64,000 nucleotides of DNA, taken from NCBI RefSeq assembly GCF_009914755.1, contig NC_060932.1, one strand, 5' to 3'. A program made the translations under genes and the position numbers. Of the stretch, positions 1-17,659 are shown piece by piece. The notes beneath the pieces are model-generated. The model had not been told where the DNA came from and searched no databases. It saw nothing but the letters and a program-made list of their open reading frames with translations. Position 1 is the first letter of the stretch. Every line of letters begins with the position of its first letter. Source of the stretch: the human T2T-CHM13v2.0 reference genome, Homo sapiens.

Positions 1-2878
<2,878 letters not shown>

Positions 2879-2879
2879 G

Positions 2880-4330
2880 TCTTCTTGTACTAAGAGCTCT
2901 CTTTTATTAATTATATTAATAATTAATAAGTGTAATTATAGAATTATATATAATAAGTGAAAGCTGCTGAATCAATTGAGATAATCACATTTTCTCTTTA
3001 ATCTGTTATTGAGCTGAATAACATTTAAATGTTTTCTACTACTCCTCCATCTTTGCAGTAGAGAACCAAACCGACTTGGAAATGTGCATATCTGTAAAAT
3101 GATGTTGACTTCCCTTTGCTAACACTATGCTTTTGGTTTTGGAATTGCACATATCATTGAGATTGTCCTGCCATTTTCTTTTCTACTACTGTCCTGTGAC
3201 TTTGGCATCGAGATTGCACTGCTCATTAAATTAGGTGAATAAAATGCCCCCTCCTTCTATTCTGTTTTGTTTTTCCACTTGTGTAAAATTGGAACTGTGA
3301 TATCCTTTGGCTGTGTCCCCACCCCAATCTCATCTTGAATTGTAATCCCCATAAACCCCACATGTCATAGGAGGACGTGGTGGGAGGTAATTGAATCCTG
3401 GGGGCCGTTTCCCTCATGCTGTTCTCATGATAGTGAGTGAGTTCTCAAGAGATCTGATGGTTTTATAAGCATCTGGTATTTCCCCTGCTGGCACTCCTTC
3501 TCCCTCCTGCCACCCTGTGAAGATGTGCCTTTCACCATGATTGTAAGTTTCCTGAGGCTTCCTCAGGCAGGTGGAACTGTGAGTCAGTTAAACCTCCTTT
3601 CTTTGTGAATTACCCAGTTTCGGGTATTTCTTTATAGCAATGTGAGAACAGACTCACACAAACTGTCTTTAGAATCTTGGTAGAAGTCATCCATGTAATT
3701 ATCTGAGTGCTAGCACTCACCTGTAAAGTTATCTGGGGCTGGAAAATCCCTGTGGCAATCTTTTAAACTACTAACTCAATTTCCTTGATAAAATTATTCA
3801 GACCTCTACATTCTTAATTCACTTTTGGCAAAATATACTATTTAATAATTTTTCTACTTTTATAAGATTTGCATTTTATCTGAGATTTATAGAGTATTCC
3901 ATTTTATCTTGGATTACTAAAAACTAACAAAATTTTTCATATTTTCTAATTTTGATATCTCATACAATTGCGATTATGCCAACATGTTATTCTCTAATAT
4001 CACCAATTTTCCTTTCCCTTTCTCATCTCGATCAAAGTTGCCAAAATCATGCTCCTTTCGTCGGTCGTTTTAAAAACATCTGGCTCTGTTAAGGCTTTGC
4101 TTTACCTCTGCTATTGATGAAGCTTTAAGGCCTTTGTCATTACTGTTGCCTTCTTCCAACTTTTATGAGGTTGGGTCTTGCTCTTTTTCTTACATCTGAA
4201 GGTGTGCACTTCACTCATTAACTTTCAACTTTTTTCTGTTCTCATATTTGTTTCTAATGCGTAAAATTCTCATATAAGCCCTGCTCTATTGGGCCTCTGA
4301 GTTTTGATGTGTTATTTACTTCTGTTGCCT
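2880..4330 (-). mobile_element. Old, highly diverged L1M ORF2 remnant, interrupted by a THE1 LTR
   Basis: Antisense L1-like motifs (gagattgtcctgccattttcttt, ctttggcatc, cccctccttctatt, ttggtagaagtcatcc, actactaactcaatttcctt) are colinear across the LTR. Boundaries approximate. Confidence 0.65.
3298..3660 (+). mobile_element. Solo ERVL-MaLR LTR (THE1D/MSTA-like)
   Basis: TGATAT...CA termini, typical THE1 body (ccccacc..atctcatcttgaattgt, ccatgattgtaagtttcctgaggc). Exact 5-bp TSD AACTG at 3293-3297 and 3661-3665. Confidence 0.93.
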
Positions 4331-5453
4331 TCTGGTGGCATCAGAGGGCACAGTGAACACGACCCACCCTCTTGACGTGAACATGTGATGTCCTACTGAT
4401 CACACCCCAGAGTCCCCACTGCGCTTTTTACTTAACTTTTGTGTGGATCGCATAGGTTGTATTATGACCATTGGTCTATGTGTCTCAAAACTAGCGCGTG
4501 AATTTCTTGAAAACAGAATTGTGTTTCTCCTATATTTGTATTCAGAGGTCCTAGGCCAGCATTGTGCTGGCTCAAAATAGGCACTTAGGAAATGTTCCTG
4601 GAATATACATTTGCAACGTAAAATGGGTAAGACAAAGTGTGCATTGATGCAGGAGAAATAAGACCTGTTTGGTTACGAAGGCACAGAAATGTATATAAAC
4701 CACTTCAAAATGTGTATTTATTAACTATATTTAACTTGAAAAGATGCACTCACTGAAGCATCCACTAGGATGAATGGAAATTATACCAGCCTTTAAATTC
4801 AGCCGTCAACCTGGTCCTTCTCACAGCAAAGTCAAAGGTCAGCACATAATGGTTGTGCATTATAATATTCTCAAGAGCAGTCCTCTCACAGGGATGCTGT
4901 TTGAATTAGCTAATTGATGATTGCCAAGGGCTTTGGCGAGGCAAGGCTCTGCATAACTGATAATTACTATTATTATCACAGGGACTAAGATGTTCTGCAT
5001 TGCTCTGTGAACAAAGGGCCAAGAAATGAATTTGCTATAAGATATAATGTAGCTAACAAAAAAGAAGTGTGAAAAGATAGAACATACGACGTCTCAAGTA
5101 GCTGAGATTTGTTTAGGAAGTTGTTTCTGCTTTGTGTTCCTGATAAGGACATCAAAACAGGCAAAATAATGGACTTTTTAGATACCCATAAAAGCATCCC
5201 AAAAGATTGCTCATTTCCTTTGTGTTAAAAATATGCGACTTTGCACGCAGAGAAGAGTTCTCAAGATTGCCAGACACTGAGCACAAGTCGTCAGAAGTTT
5301 AGACAATAAAGGGACATCTGAAAGACACCTGAGACAAGACAGAGAAAAATATCCAGCTTTAAAGGTGTCATACCCAACGTGTGTATTTTCCTGCACCAAT
5401 TTTTTAAAAAAATGCCAAACTGATTCTTTCCTTAAATAAATTTGGGACATTCT

Positions 5454-5751
5454 GACCAGGCACGGTGGCTCATACCTGTAATCTCAGCACTCTGGCAGTC
5501 TGAGGCAGGCAGATCGAAGCCAGGAGATCAAGACCAGCTTAGGTAACAAGACAAAATCCCATCTGTACAAAAAATACAAAAAATTAGCCGCGTGTGGTGG
5601 CACACACCTGTAGTCCCAGCTACTCAGGGGACTGAGGCAAAGGGTCACTTGAGCCCAGGAGGTTGAGGCTGCAGTGAGCCATGACGGTGCCACTGCCCTC
5701 CAGCCTGGGTGACAGAGCGAGACCATGTCTCAAAAAATAAAAGTAAAATAG
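5454..5751 (+). mobile_element. AluJ
   Basis: Dimeric Alu with J-type ttgagcccaggagg. TSD taaatttgg(ga/gg)cattct at 5437-5453 and 5752-5768. Confidence 0.93.
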
Positions 5752-7817
5752 TAAATTTGGGGCATTCTTTCTGTCCTCCTGGCAGACAGGGTTGGTTGGT
5801 TTGATTTGGTTTTATTTTTTCCCTGGGTCATCGGATCATGAGAACATACACGAGTCTTCAGCCTCAATGGGTGGCTCCATCCTGCCCACTGGAGAGGTCA
5901 GTTTCTCAGCGCAGCTCATTCCAGCTCACAGGCCTCACCGTCAGGCCTGCCAGGATCGCAGCAACCTGCCTGGAAGACGAGCTGATGAGCTACTGGCCGG
6001 GTTTCCAGTGATACCAAGTTGAGCCCTTTTGTCTGACACCTCTGTCTGAAGCAGGGAGAGAGTAGGAGGACGGAGACCAAAATGGGGAATCCAAGGATGG
6101 CACAATTTAAAACAAACACTGTGAGGCTACCACGCCCCGCCGTGCTGGGTTATGGATCAGAGGGTCTGAGAACTGCAGCTGGCATGGTGAGATTATTTTC
6201 CACGTGAGCTCCCGTGGAAGGAACTGAGCACTGTTCCTGGGGTTCCAGTGCCCTGTGCTGTGATGAGTCAGGGGAGCTCTCCCTCCTGCTCCAAGCTCCT
6301 GAGCTGCCCTCACTGAGGACCACTTTACCAGTGTTCTCCTGCAGTGTTTTCCTGGATCCTTTCGGCTTTTCCGGGCACTGACAGGGATAGGAATGGGAGA
6401 GAGAAGAGAGAAGAAACAAAATCCACAACAGAGCCTTCGTCAAATTCCATAATTACAGAGGCTTTGGGGATTTCCAAAAGATTATTGTTGTGGGAGTAAC
6501 GGCTGATTCCGAGAGCCCAAGCCGAAGCTAATTCTACAGAGGTGTTCACAGCAATGTCGTTGGTCTGATTGGTTCGAGAAAAGGCAAATAAAAAAGGCAA
6601 CAGTTAATGATCTCGGCTACTAACAACATGGTAGCGTCGCTTTCCCACACCCTGAAGCTGAGGGACATTTTCTTCTTGGGGTAGCCAATTAGTAGCATTA
6701 ATGGGACAGGAATCAGATTAATCATGGCACGAGCCACCCGCTAATGCATTCCACCCATTATTCTCAGCATTCACTCATCAAGCAGTCTCCAAGAGCCTCC
6801 AAGGAAATAATAAAACGGGTCGATCTGAATGCCTCTCATCTCCCTTCTTCATCTCATCTACCTCTGACCTGGTAGTTAAGGAGCCACAAAATGGACAGGC
6901 CAGGGGCTATAGAGGAATCTGAGGAGAAGGATCAGGATAATGGGCAAACTGGAGATGTGATTAATTACAGAATGCACTTTTACTTTCCCCGGGTGAATTA
7001 GCTATAAACCATAAGCCTTCTCCCTGCTGCCATGGCCTTCACCTATTTTATCCTCAAAAAGAGATAAGCAGAGAAAATTGCAGCTTTGCAAGTGACATTT
7101 GCCCCTTCCTTGGCACTAAGGATTGGCAGGTTGCAATAACACACTCCAGACAGGGCTCCTCAGGCTGTACCGTGCATGTGAGCGGCCAGGAGAACCGACA
7201 GAAATGCAGGTTCCGAGGCAGTGAGTTGGGGACGGGGCCAGTTGCCACATGTCTGTGGTCTTTTAGCTGCAGGACAAACCAGACTGAAAGTCCTGCAGCT
7301 TCCAGCCCATCCGTGCACACACCATGTCTGGAAAATATGTATGGAACGGAGAAATGGGCAGTCACTGGAAAGAGAGCCACTGGCGACTTGACTTCTCTGT
7401 GAGGAATCCTGTAGCCCAGCCCAAGACAATGAAGAGGTTCCTGATGAGAACGTGTGGCTCTATCTGCCTGGTCACTGCCGAGCTGACAATGAGGATGCCC
7501 ATCCAGCACCCAGGGTGTGACGACACCACACTCGCGAAACACCCCAGAACTCCTTCTACATCCCTGGCAAAGGGCAGGGCTCACGTTCCAAAATGACTCT
7601 GGATCCAAGGGGGCTTCTGGTTCACCCCGATGCTGACTTGTTCCCTGGGTTCTCACAGCCTGAGTTACGTTCCGGAAGAGCTGGGTGCCCTAACTCACGC
7701 ACATGGGGGCTGCCGGGGGCTTTCCCAGCCCTTTCATTCTTGTGGTTTCATGACCCAGAGACATCGGGGGTTCCCCATGCTCACTCACATGAAATAGCTA
7801 CCATTCTGGGGTTTTGA

Positions 7818-8243
<426 letters not shown>

Positions 8244-9330
8244 CTAATGACTATAGTAAACTCTTTTAATAAGCTTCCTATTATGGAACATATATGTAAC
8301 GAACAAATAGATTATTTAAATAAGTGCCAAATAGATATCTAAGCAAGATCATTCCATATGCAATAAATAAATACATAAATGAGACCCAGTATTAAAAATA
8401 CGTTTAGCCATTTAAAGCTTTTAACTAGTATTTAAAATGACCCAGAATTCAAGTCCCTGTCTCTGATTTGGCTATTTTTATATATTTACATCTTTAGGCA
8501 AAATAACATTTTCTCCTGCATCGAAAATCACATGCAATGGACGATATTAATCAGGTTAATCCCACAGCACCGCAGGCCGAAGCGGAAACTCTATCACGCC
8601 TTTGAGACAGGCGCTCAACGCAGTGGATTACCATGTGTGTTTGTACGGTGCGTCCCCAGTGACAGCACCATCTCTTCGGCCTGAGGCTCTGTGACTCTCG
8701 GCCACACTTGTCACCTTTGAGGGAAGTGGGCTTCAGCCCTGACGGGTGGTGTTCGAGACCCCACGCTCCAGGGGCCCCATCCAGGCTGGCTGTGGCTGTG
8801 GGCGCCTTTCCTGGGGCGCCACGGTCCGTGTTGCCCTGAGCCGTCCGGGGTGACCGGCGACAGCCACTGCTCGGGAGTCCTGCCGTGGACTCGCTGCCCG
8901 TGGTCCCAACCAGCAGACCAGGGTGGAATGAGAGGACGGCGATCTCAGCCAGGGGCTGTGTTAGAGACCACAGAACCCTTCATTCTCCCTCAGGACCTTC
9001 CTGAAGCCCTGCTGCCTCTGTGACAAGACAGCCAATCGTCCTTCTTGGCTCACTCCCTCGGGGAATTCCTCTTTCAAGCCGAACCTGACTGTCTCCACCT
9101 GTGGAGGGGACACGGCCCGCACCCCCTGTCTCAGGTGTCCGGGGCTGCTGATTCCGGATCCTAAGACTAACGGCGAAAACAGCATCTGCTTCTCTGGCAC
9201 CCCGAGCCATAAAACCACCCAAATATCTTAAGTAACAGCATTTTAGAAACTAATGAAATAAAGTGAGACTTGAGAAAAAAAAAAAAGCTGATATGAGCTC
9301 TGAGAGAACTTGCTCTATCACTATTAGCAC

Positions 9331-9345
9331 AGTGCCACCTAATGG
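9331..9345 (-). promoter_or_regulatory. CTCF-like motif
   Basis: Minus strand reads CCATTAGGTGGCACT, one mismatch to the core CCASYAGRKGGCRS. Motif match only. Confidence 0.4.
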
Positions 9346-9637
9346 AAACGTGACATAAATGTACAGCCTTGAAAATTTAGAAGATTACAAAACACCCTAT
9401 CAAGTTATACAGAAGGCACTTTTCCTCCACATGTGTACCCTTTTTCAAGAAAATAATGATCTGTATGTTTTAAATGATTATAATTTTAGTTGGACAAAAA
9501 TATGCACAGGCCAGACATTCACAGAATTCTTCTAAGTCACCATGAAAAGACACTCAGAATTTTTATTTTTGTTTTGCTCTTTTGTAAAACACATAAAGAT
9601 AGAACTTGACATTTTTCTTCATATTTTAAAAATACTG

Positions 9638-9940
9638 GGCTGGAAGCGGTGGCTCACACCTATAATCCCAGCACTTTCAGAGGCCAGGGTGGGTAGATCA
9701 CCTGAGGTCAGGAGTTCGAGACCAGCCTGGCCAACATGGTGAAACCCTGTCTCTACTAAAAATACAAAAATTAGCCCGGCATGGTGGTGGGTACCTGCAA
9801 TCCCAACTACTCAGGAGGCTGATGCCAGAGAATCGCTTGAACCCAGGAGGCAGGGGTCGCAGTGAACCGAGATCATGTCACTGCACTCCAGCCTGGGCGA
9901 CAGACCAAAACTGTTTCTCAAAAAAAATAAAAAATAAAAA
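9638..9940 (+). mobile_element. AluS (Sx-like)
   Basis: gatcacctgaggtcaggagttcgag, A-rich tail, short TSD aaatact. Confidence 0.93.
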
Positions 9941-10003
9941 TAAATACTATCAATGGGGCACTCTAGTATCTTAAAAACTTTGTTTTAAGAAATATCAAAA
10001 TTA

Positions 10004-10428
<425 letters not shown>

Positions 10429-11911
10429 TTATATAAATGACGATTCTAGGTGAATGTTGTAAAGCTCAAGGTCATCTGTCACGAAATCTTTACCAGGTTT
10501 GACACAATGTCTGTCTTTAATCCATTTTAAATCTTCGCATGGTCTAGGTGACTCAGAATAAAATATACAACATTTTATTGCATATGGTGTTATTTGCAAC
10601 TTTATGTCATTTCCTTTGCATTTCAGCAGAGATTTCCTGATTGCTTTTGATGTTTAAGTACCTGTGTGAACATAATTATGTGTTAAAATATCTCTGTACG
10701 ATATGATCACTCTTTAAGAACAAGAACTCCTTTAATACACCTCAGGTTTTCCCAGGTATGAAAGATTCTATTAATCACTGGAAGAAGAGTCTCTGGCCAA
10801 GTGCACAGCCCCTCTCAGCTCAGCTTCATAAACAAGGCACATTCATGACAAACGTTCTACCTAAAGTGTCTCTATTTAGCCTTTCATGACAAATGTTCCA
10901 TTCAAAGAATATTTTTCTACTTAAATATTAAATATGTAAATTAGAATATTAAATATTCTATTTAAAGAAATGTTCTATTTAAATGCTCTATTTAAATAGC
11001 ACGTTCATGGCACATGTTCTGTTTAAAGTGTCTTTCTATTTAGCCTTTCTATTACTATAGTTAAAGAAAAAATATAAAAACATGAAATTCTACTTTGGTA
11101 TCTAAACCTCTTAATCAACTTACTCAACGCACATCCACATAGCATCACCATGGGCCACCCTGTGCAGATGGGACGAACCCCAAAACATTGAACAGTAGAA
11201 ACACTGAAATTGCAACAGAAAAAAGGAATGATTACTTCAATTGTATCGTTGTGAAAAAAACTTCTGTAACAGCAAACGTAAAAGTTTCCTAGGCCAAGAT
11301 AATCTGCCGGAAACTAAGCAGATGGTACCGAGCTGAATTACCTTGTAGTTACTTCTTCTGAGGCAGGTTGGAGCTCATCACAGTTAACTGAAAGCTCCCC
11401 ACATAAAGTCAAAACATAAAAATGAGATGCACATTGTCGGTCAGTTGTAGCGGCCTTGCAGCCTCTGCCAACCTTTCATTAAGATGCTTTGAGGTTAAGA
11501 ACTTCCTATTTCATGAACAATGGCATCCCGTGGCTGTTACATGACGCAGATAAAATGTGCAGAAAGATCATGAGGACAATATACACCATTAATTTGTGTG
11601 ATGAGAACAGGAATAAGAAGTTCCTATAATACTAGAATGTTTCTGTAAAACACACGGTTTATGTTCTGAAAATTCTGCCTTTAATCTCAGTTTAGTATGG
11701 TCTTCTAGGAAATAGGGATCCTCATAAGAATTTTGCAGAATCCCATGAATTTGAAAAATTAAATAAAAAATACACATTAATCATAGGAAAAGTTTCACAT
11801 CTAGGAAAAATGTAAAAGGTAGTCCCAAGATGTTTTTTATTAATATAGCAAAAATTTAAAATATGCTGTAAGCTCAAGATCTAAATGCAGGAGGAGCACT
11901 ATATTGAATAA

Positions 11912-12316
<405 letters not shown>

Positions 12317-13723
12317 TAAGAGAGATGTTAAACTTTGGGGGATGGCAAGAGAAGGACATTTCCCGTTGACTCCTTTAGACCCTGGGCTGCAGACCTTGCC
12401 AAGAACAATCGGTCAGTTTCAACCTTGCTAGGCTGGTGCAGTTGTTTTTAAAGAGTCACAGAGGCCGTATCTCAACTCACGTTCAGCTGAAACATCTACC
12501 GTAGACAAAGCTGTTCAAAGGAGCCACTTGACCTTTTTCACAAAACAGGTCTGATTTTCCAAGTGAGACCTCGGAGGAGAAGGTGGTAACTGGCAGCCAT
12601 GCGGTCCCACAGGAAGTACCTATAGAAGGGAGGCTGTCAACCATGAAGACTGGCCATCCATCGAGGGGCCCGGTGTCACTAAATATTACGGTAACACAGA
12701 TAACAGGCTTGTGGAAAATCTCCAGAAACAAATGTTTTGGTTTCTCAGAAATAGTTTTAATAAAAATGCCCCAATTCTATAATTTAGCATGTCATTCATT
12801 GCTTTAAACAACAGACAGTTCAATTCTGTGTTTCCTCTAAAATAAAACACATGGAAACACATGGGGTGAAATTTGTGGTGTACTTGCGGGCACAGCAGGC
12901 CGACTTCTCCATGTGTTCAACACCACAGGGAATGTCTTCCTTTCCACTTTTATCTTTCTTGTCAGCACTAATTTATCTCTGCTGCCAGATTTCTCCCAAA
13001 ATATGACTCGATTCCACTTCTAATCTCCCAAACCCCAACATTTAATCCCATTACTCTTTGAGTAAAATGTATTCTTTTCAACTGAATACTCAGTTACATT
13101 TTCATGAGATATTTTCTTGTGTTTTTAACAAGTGTTGCTAACAATTGTGTTGAAAAAAAAATCAGTGCCATATATACTTCAAAGTCAATTCTAATGGTTG
13201 CTTAGTTTTATGTGTTCAAATTTTTTAGATTCCCCAGAATTAGTGTTTGGTTTTAAAACAGAGTCCAGTGATAGGTCAGAAAAGAGAGACTTTCATGCAA
13301 AAATACAACAGACGTAGGAAATCTAACAATATATCTAAATTCTGACTCAATTCAGGCAATGCAGTTACATCAAGTGGTGACATAATCAGAGCTAGAGACG
13401 CAATGAGGAGTTCAGAGAAATGCCGAGCTCTCCAATCTGCTATCACGAGTAATCACTGAGAAAACAGAATGCTAGATTGAAAGATGCTGCAGCTCTGTGA
13501 CCCTTTCAAAATTATCCAAAGACAGTAAATTAAAGAAGAAATTGCCTCCAGAATGATGGTAGCTCTCAAACAAAGAGTCAGGTGTGTTGGCAAAAGCCTG
13601 TGGAAACCAGGGATTCCACACTTTTCTCAGCAAACTCATGGTTGTCACCACCTCCTTGGCATCAGCCTCAGGACTTGGCTACAAAGAATGTCCAGGCAGA
13701 CCTGGGAGAGTCCAAACCAGGGT

Positions 13724-14500
13724 TTATTTGTTTATTGTGACAAAATACACGAACACAGAATATACCCTTTTAATCACTGTAAGTGCACAATTCAGTGGCA
13801 CTAAAGACATTGCTGTGCAACCATCACCAACATCCATCTACAGAACCTTTTCATTTTGCAAAACCAAACTCTTACCATTAAACAGTAACTCCCCGTTCTC
13901 CCCACCTCCTGCCGCACGTCACTCCCATTCTGCTTCCTGTCTCTATAAATCTGATGACTTTAGGGACCTAATATAAGTGGGATCATACAGTAGTTGTCCA
14001 TTTGTGACTGGCTTATTTGACTTAACACAATGTCTTCAAGGTTCTGCCATGTTGTAACATGGGTCAGAATTTCCTTTTTTTTTTTATGAAGCTGAATAAC
14101 ATTCCCTTATGCTAGGGGTGGTGACTCATGCCTGTAATTTCAGTACTTTGGGAAGCTGAAGTGGGAGAGTCCCTTGAACTCAGGAGTTTAAGACCATCCT
14201 GGGCAACATAGTAAGATGCCAACTCTACAAAAAGCAAAAAAATTAGCTGGGCATGGTGGTACACACCTCATGTCCCAGATATTCAGGTTGAGCTGGGAGG
14301 GTTGGTTGAGCCCAGGAAGTCAAGGCTTCAGTGAGCCATGATGACACCCTTCACTCCAGCAACTGGGCAACAGGGTGAGACCCTGTGTTTAAAAAAAATT
14401 CATTGTATGCGTAGACTGTATTTCACTCATGCATTTACCCAACAGTGGACACTGGATTGCTTCCATGTTTTAGTTATTGTGAATAATGCTACTATGAACA
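13724..14500 (-). mobile_element. L1MB-type 3' end, interrupted by an AluJ
   Basis: aattcagtggca, tgtgcaaccatcacca, gtgggatcatacagta, gactggcttattt, ggattgcttcca...gtgaataatgctactatgaaca. Confidence 0.85.
14110..14398 (+). mobile_element. AluJ (Jo-like) nested in L1M
   Basis: Diverged dimeric Alu with J-type motifs. Confidence 0.88.
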
Positions 14501-14700
14501 AGCCTAAGTTTTTAAGATATTTGATACTTGGTCTGCATCTGTATACCACGTGATTATTGTAAGAATCTGGAAGCATGAAATCACATACACACACATTTAT
14601 CCCAGAAATGCTTCCAATCAAACCCTTGAATCCTTGGGATTCTGAGAGGGAACAGGTAAAAGAAGAAAATATCTAATGTACATTGAAAGCTGGGTGTGAT

Positions 14701-15441
14701 TGTCCGACAGGTTCTTCCTGCCCACCACACAGACAAATTCACTGAGACCCTGGTATTACAGTCAAGAAAGAGTAATTAATGCTAGGCAAGCCACTCAAGA
14801 GACGGGATTTATTACTGACATCAGCCTCCTTGAGGGCTCAGAGGCTAGGGTGTTTATGGATAATTTGGTGGCAAGGGGCTAGGAACTGGGTGCTGCTGAC
14901 TGTTTAGGGATGCAGTCGTGAGGGGGTGGAGAGAGGGTCTCGTGGGCTGAGTCGGCCTCTGGGTGGGGGCCACAGGACTGGTTGAGTCGTGAGTCATGGA
15001 TGTGGATGGGGTCCATTGGTTGCCAGAATGAAAAAGTCTGAAAAACATCTCCAAAGACAAATCTTAGGTCCTGCAACAGTGATGTTATCTATAGGAGCAA
15101 CCGGAGAAGTCACAAATCTTGTGAGCTCTGGCCACATGACTCCTGAGCAGTAAGGGATTCTAGAAACTATGCCCACGTTTAGCAGAGCCCAGGCCCCTCC
15201 CATAATCCTGATCTTGTGGCCTTCCATTAGTTTCCGTCCCTGACCAAGGAGGGATCTGTTTTAGGGAGGGACTATGGCCATCCTTGTTTGCAAGTGAAAT
15301 GGTAAACTACATTCCTCCCATAATTAGCTTGGCCTATGTCCGCAAATGAGCAAGGCCAGCCAGCCTGTGAGGCGGAAGCCAGGTGGAGTGGGACACACTA
15401 GGCTTCTCTTCACTGCCATCATCTTTGCAAAGGTGGTTTCA
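14701..15441 (-). mobile_element. Solo ERV1 LTR (LTR8A/LTR8B-like)
   Basis: Minus strand starts TGAAACCACCTTTGCAAAGATGATGGCAGTGA, as LTR8 does, and ends in CA. Imperfect 4-bp TSD tgat/tgag. Confidence 0.85.
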
Positions 15442-15599
15442 TGAGTCGCAGTGAACACACTAAAAGCTATGGGGAGAATTAACTGCTTATGGTACACCTT
15501 CTCCACAATCTCACTGCAGTAGCACCAAGCTTTGTGTACCAAGACAGGAGGGTGGGTTTTTCACAGGCTGATCGGATGAATCCTGCGGCAGCGAGGGTC

Positions 15600-16330
15600 C
15601 AAAAAGGACATGCATCTCTCGTCTCAAGAAGTTTGCAATCTGGATGAGACAGGAATGGTGCAAATATTTCTGGATGAGGTGTAAATCGTGCCAGATATGA
15701 TGGTGGGATGTGCAGTCTTGGGAGGACATCTGACTCAGAGAAGAAGGACTTCCTGGAGGAGGTGATGTTTTTGAGCTGGGTTCCGAAGGATGAGAAAGAG
15801 ATACCCAGAGAAAGAGTAAAGCAAATATTTCACATGGAAATGGAAAGTCCAGAGCTCTAACCATAAAACAGAGTGAAGTAGATTAAAGAACCTGCAAGTT
15901 AAATATGGCTAAGGAGAGAGAGCAAGGTGCGGACGGTGATGATGTTGAAGGAGACAGCAGGAAAACACAGGAGGTCCGCAGGGGTAGGGAGCCATATAGA
16001 GGAGATGGGCCTCCACGCTGGTGGCAGTGGGACCACTGGCAAGGACTGAATGAGATTTAAATTTAAAAATGTCCTTCTGTCTGCACTGTAGAGAATCCCA
16101 AAAGCTTGCAGGCCGGTAAGGAGGGCAGAGCTTAGGAGACCAGGGATGGAATCAAGGTCAGGGATAATGGAGGCCAGGCTGGCTGTACAGAGAAAAATGC
16201 ACATTTGGAGCATTCTTGAGAATCCAAGTCCTCGCTGATGAGTTCATGTGGGAAAATGAAGGGGAGGGGGGCTTCAGGGGTCCTTTGGCTTGTGAATAGA
16301 GAAACTAGGCCCTTGGTGATGTTGTCTCTT
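15600..16330. mobile_element. L2 remnant
   Basis: gaaggacttcctggaggaggtgatgtttttgagctggg..gaaggatgag and other purine-rich L2-like motifs. Very diverged. Confidence 0.6.
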
Positions 16331-17659
16331 AGACAGAGAGTACCAGGCAGAGACGAACACAAGATCAGAAAGGTGATAAAGTCTGCAGCTATCAGCCTTT
16401 CCATGGTGCACCCTGAAAGGACAGGAATATCCGCTTTGGGGATCGTAGGCAAAAATAGAACTGGGAGAGGGATTATTGGGATTAAATGTCCTCAGATTTA
16501 TGGGACACGGATTAGTTGTCCACCAATAAAACAGGGGCCAGCGTTTAAGAGTAATGGTTCAGGTCTGGACCCCAGATTCTCCCCTTCCTGACCCACGTGG
16601 CTTGGTCCTTAGCGCTTCGCTCCTGGGCAGAGCTTATTTCCATGATCGGGGCTAAGCTAAAGACATTGTTCTCATCAGATTTAACTCCTGTAGGAGTTCT
16701 CACAGTCTCCCACATCAAGAAAATTAATGTGCGTCTATGGTGTCTCCCGACATGAGGTGATTTCTCATTTCAATTTTTAAAGTCATTCTTTCTGAAATGT
16801 TCTCATCAAATAGCTGTAGTTAAATATTAGACATTTTCTACTTTATTAAGTTATTTATTGTTCAATGCCATTTTCAATTATTCCAAGTTTTGTTTTTTAA
16901 GGGTTTCTCATTAAATTGAGGGACAGCTCCTGTAATTTGTCTATCTCCAGTTTAATAATCAAACCGAAAAGGTACAGGACTTTTTTTTTTTTCCAGAGAG
17001 GTTTGAGGTTTGAGGATACTCATCATGAAATATGCATCATAGAAGAGCTTTCAAAGCAGTGGCCAATCTGTATGCAAAATCCCATGCTAAAACCCGTAAC
17101 TGTCTAAGTCAGATACAAAGTAATTCAGGAAAAAAAAATAGGACGTTGCAAACCACAAAGATCTCAGGTGGCCTTATGGGGCTAATAAATCAGTTCTAAA
17201 AACGCACTCTGGCTGGACTCCTGCTTGGAGCTCTGGGTTGAAGACTCCAAGCATTCATTTTACCAACTATGAAAAAATTCAGTCCAGTTTTAAGTTAGAG
17301 AAGAGAAGAAAAAGAACGCATTGCTTTCAGATGCTTTTGGCTCAGCTATAATTCAAAACCAGCCTCGATACTGACACTTACCCTTCTGCTAGTAGAGCTG
17401 AGAGCTCAGTCTTCAAATCATCATTTTTTTGATACAAAAACCATAAAAATGGTCATTACTTATTGCAAATACCTACACCAATTCATGTTCCTATGGATGA
17501 TTTTTGCCCGGTTTTAAAACCAAACTATACAACAAATTGTGTGTTATTAAGGTGAGCGCTTACTAACTCTCTTAGCTTGAAAATGGAAATGTCTCCTTGA
17601 TCCAATTAAAGCTTCCACTAAATTTTGGAAACGCCAATCATAAGATTTGGGTCATCTCT

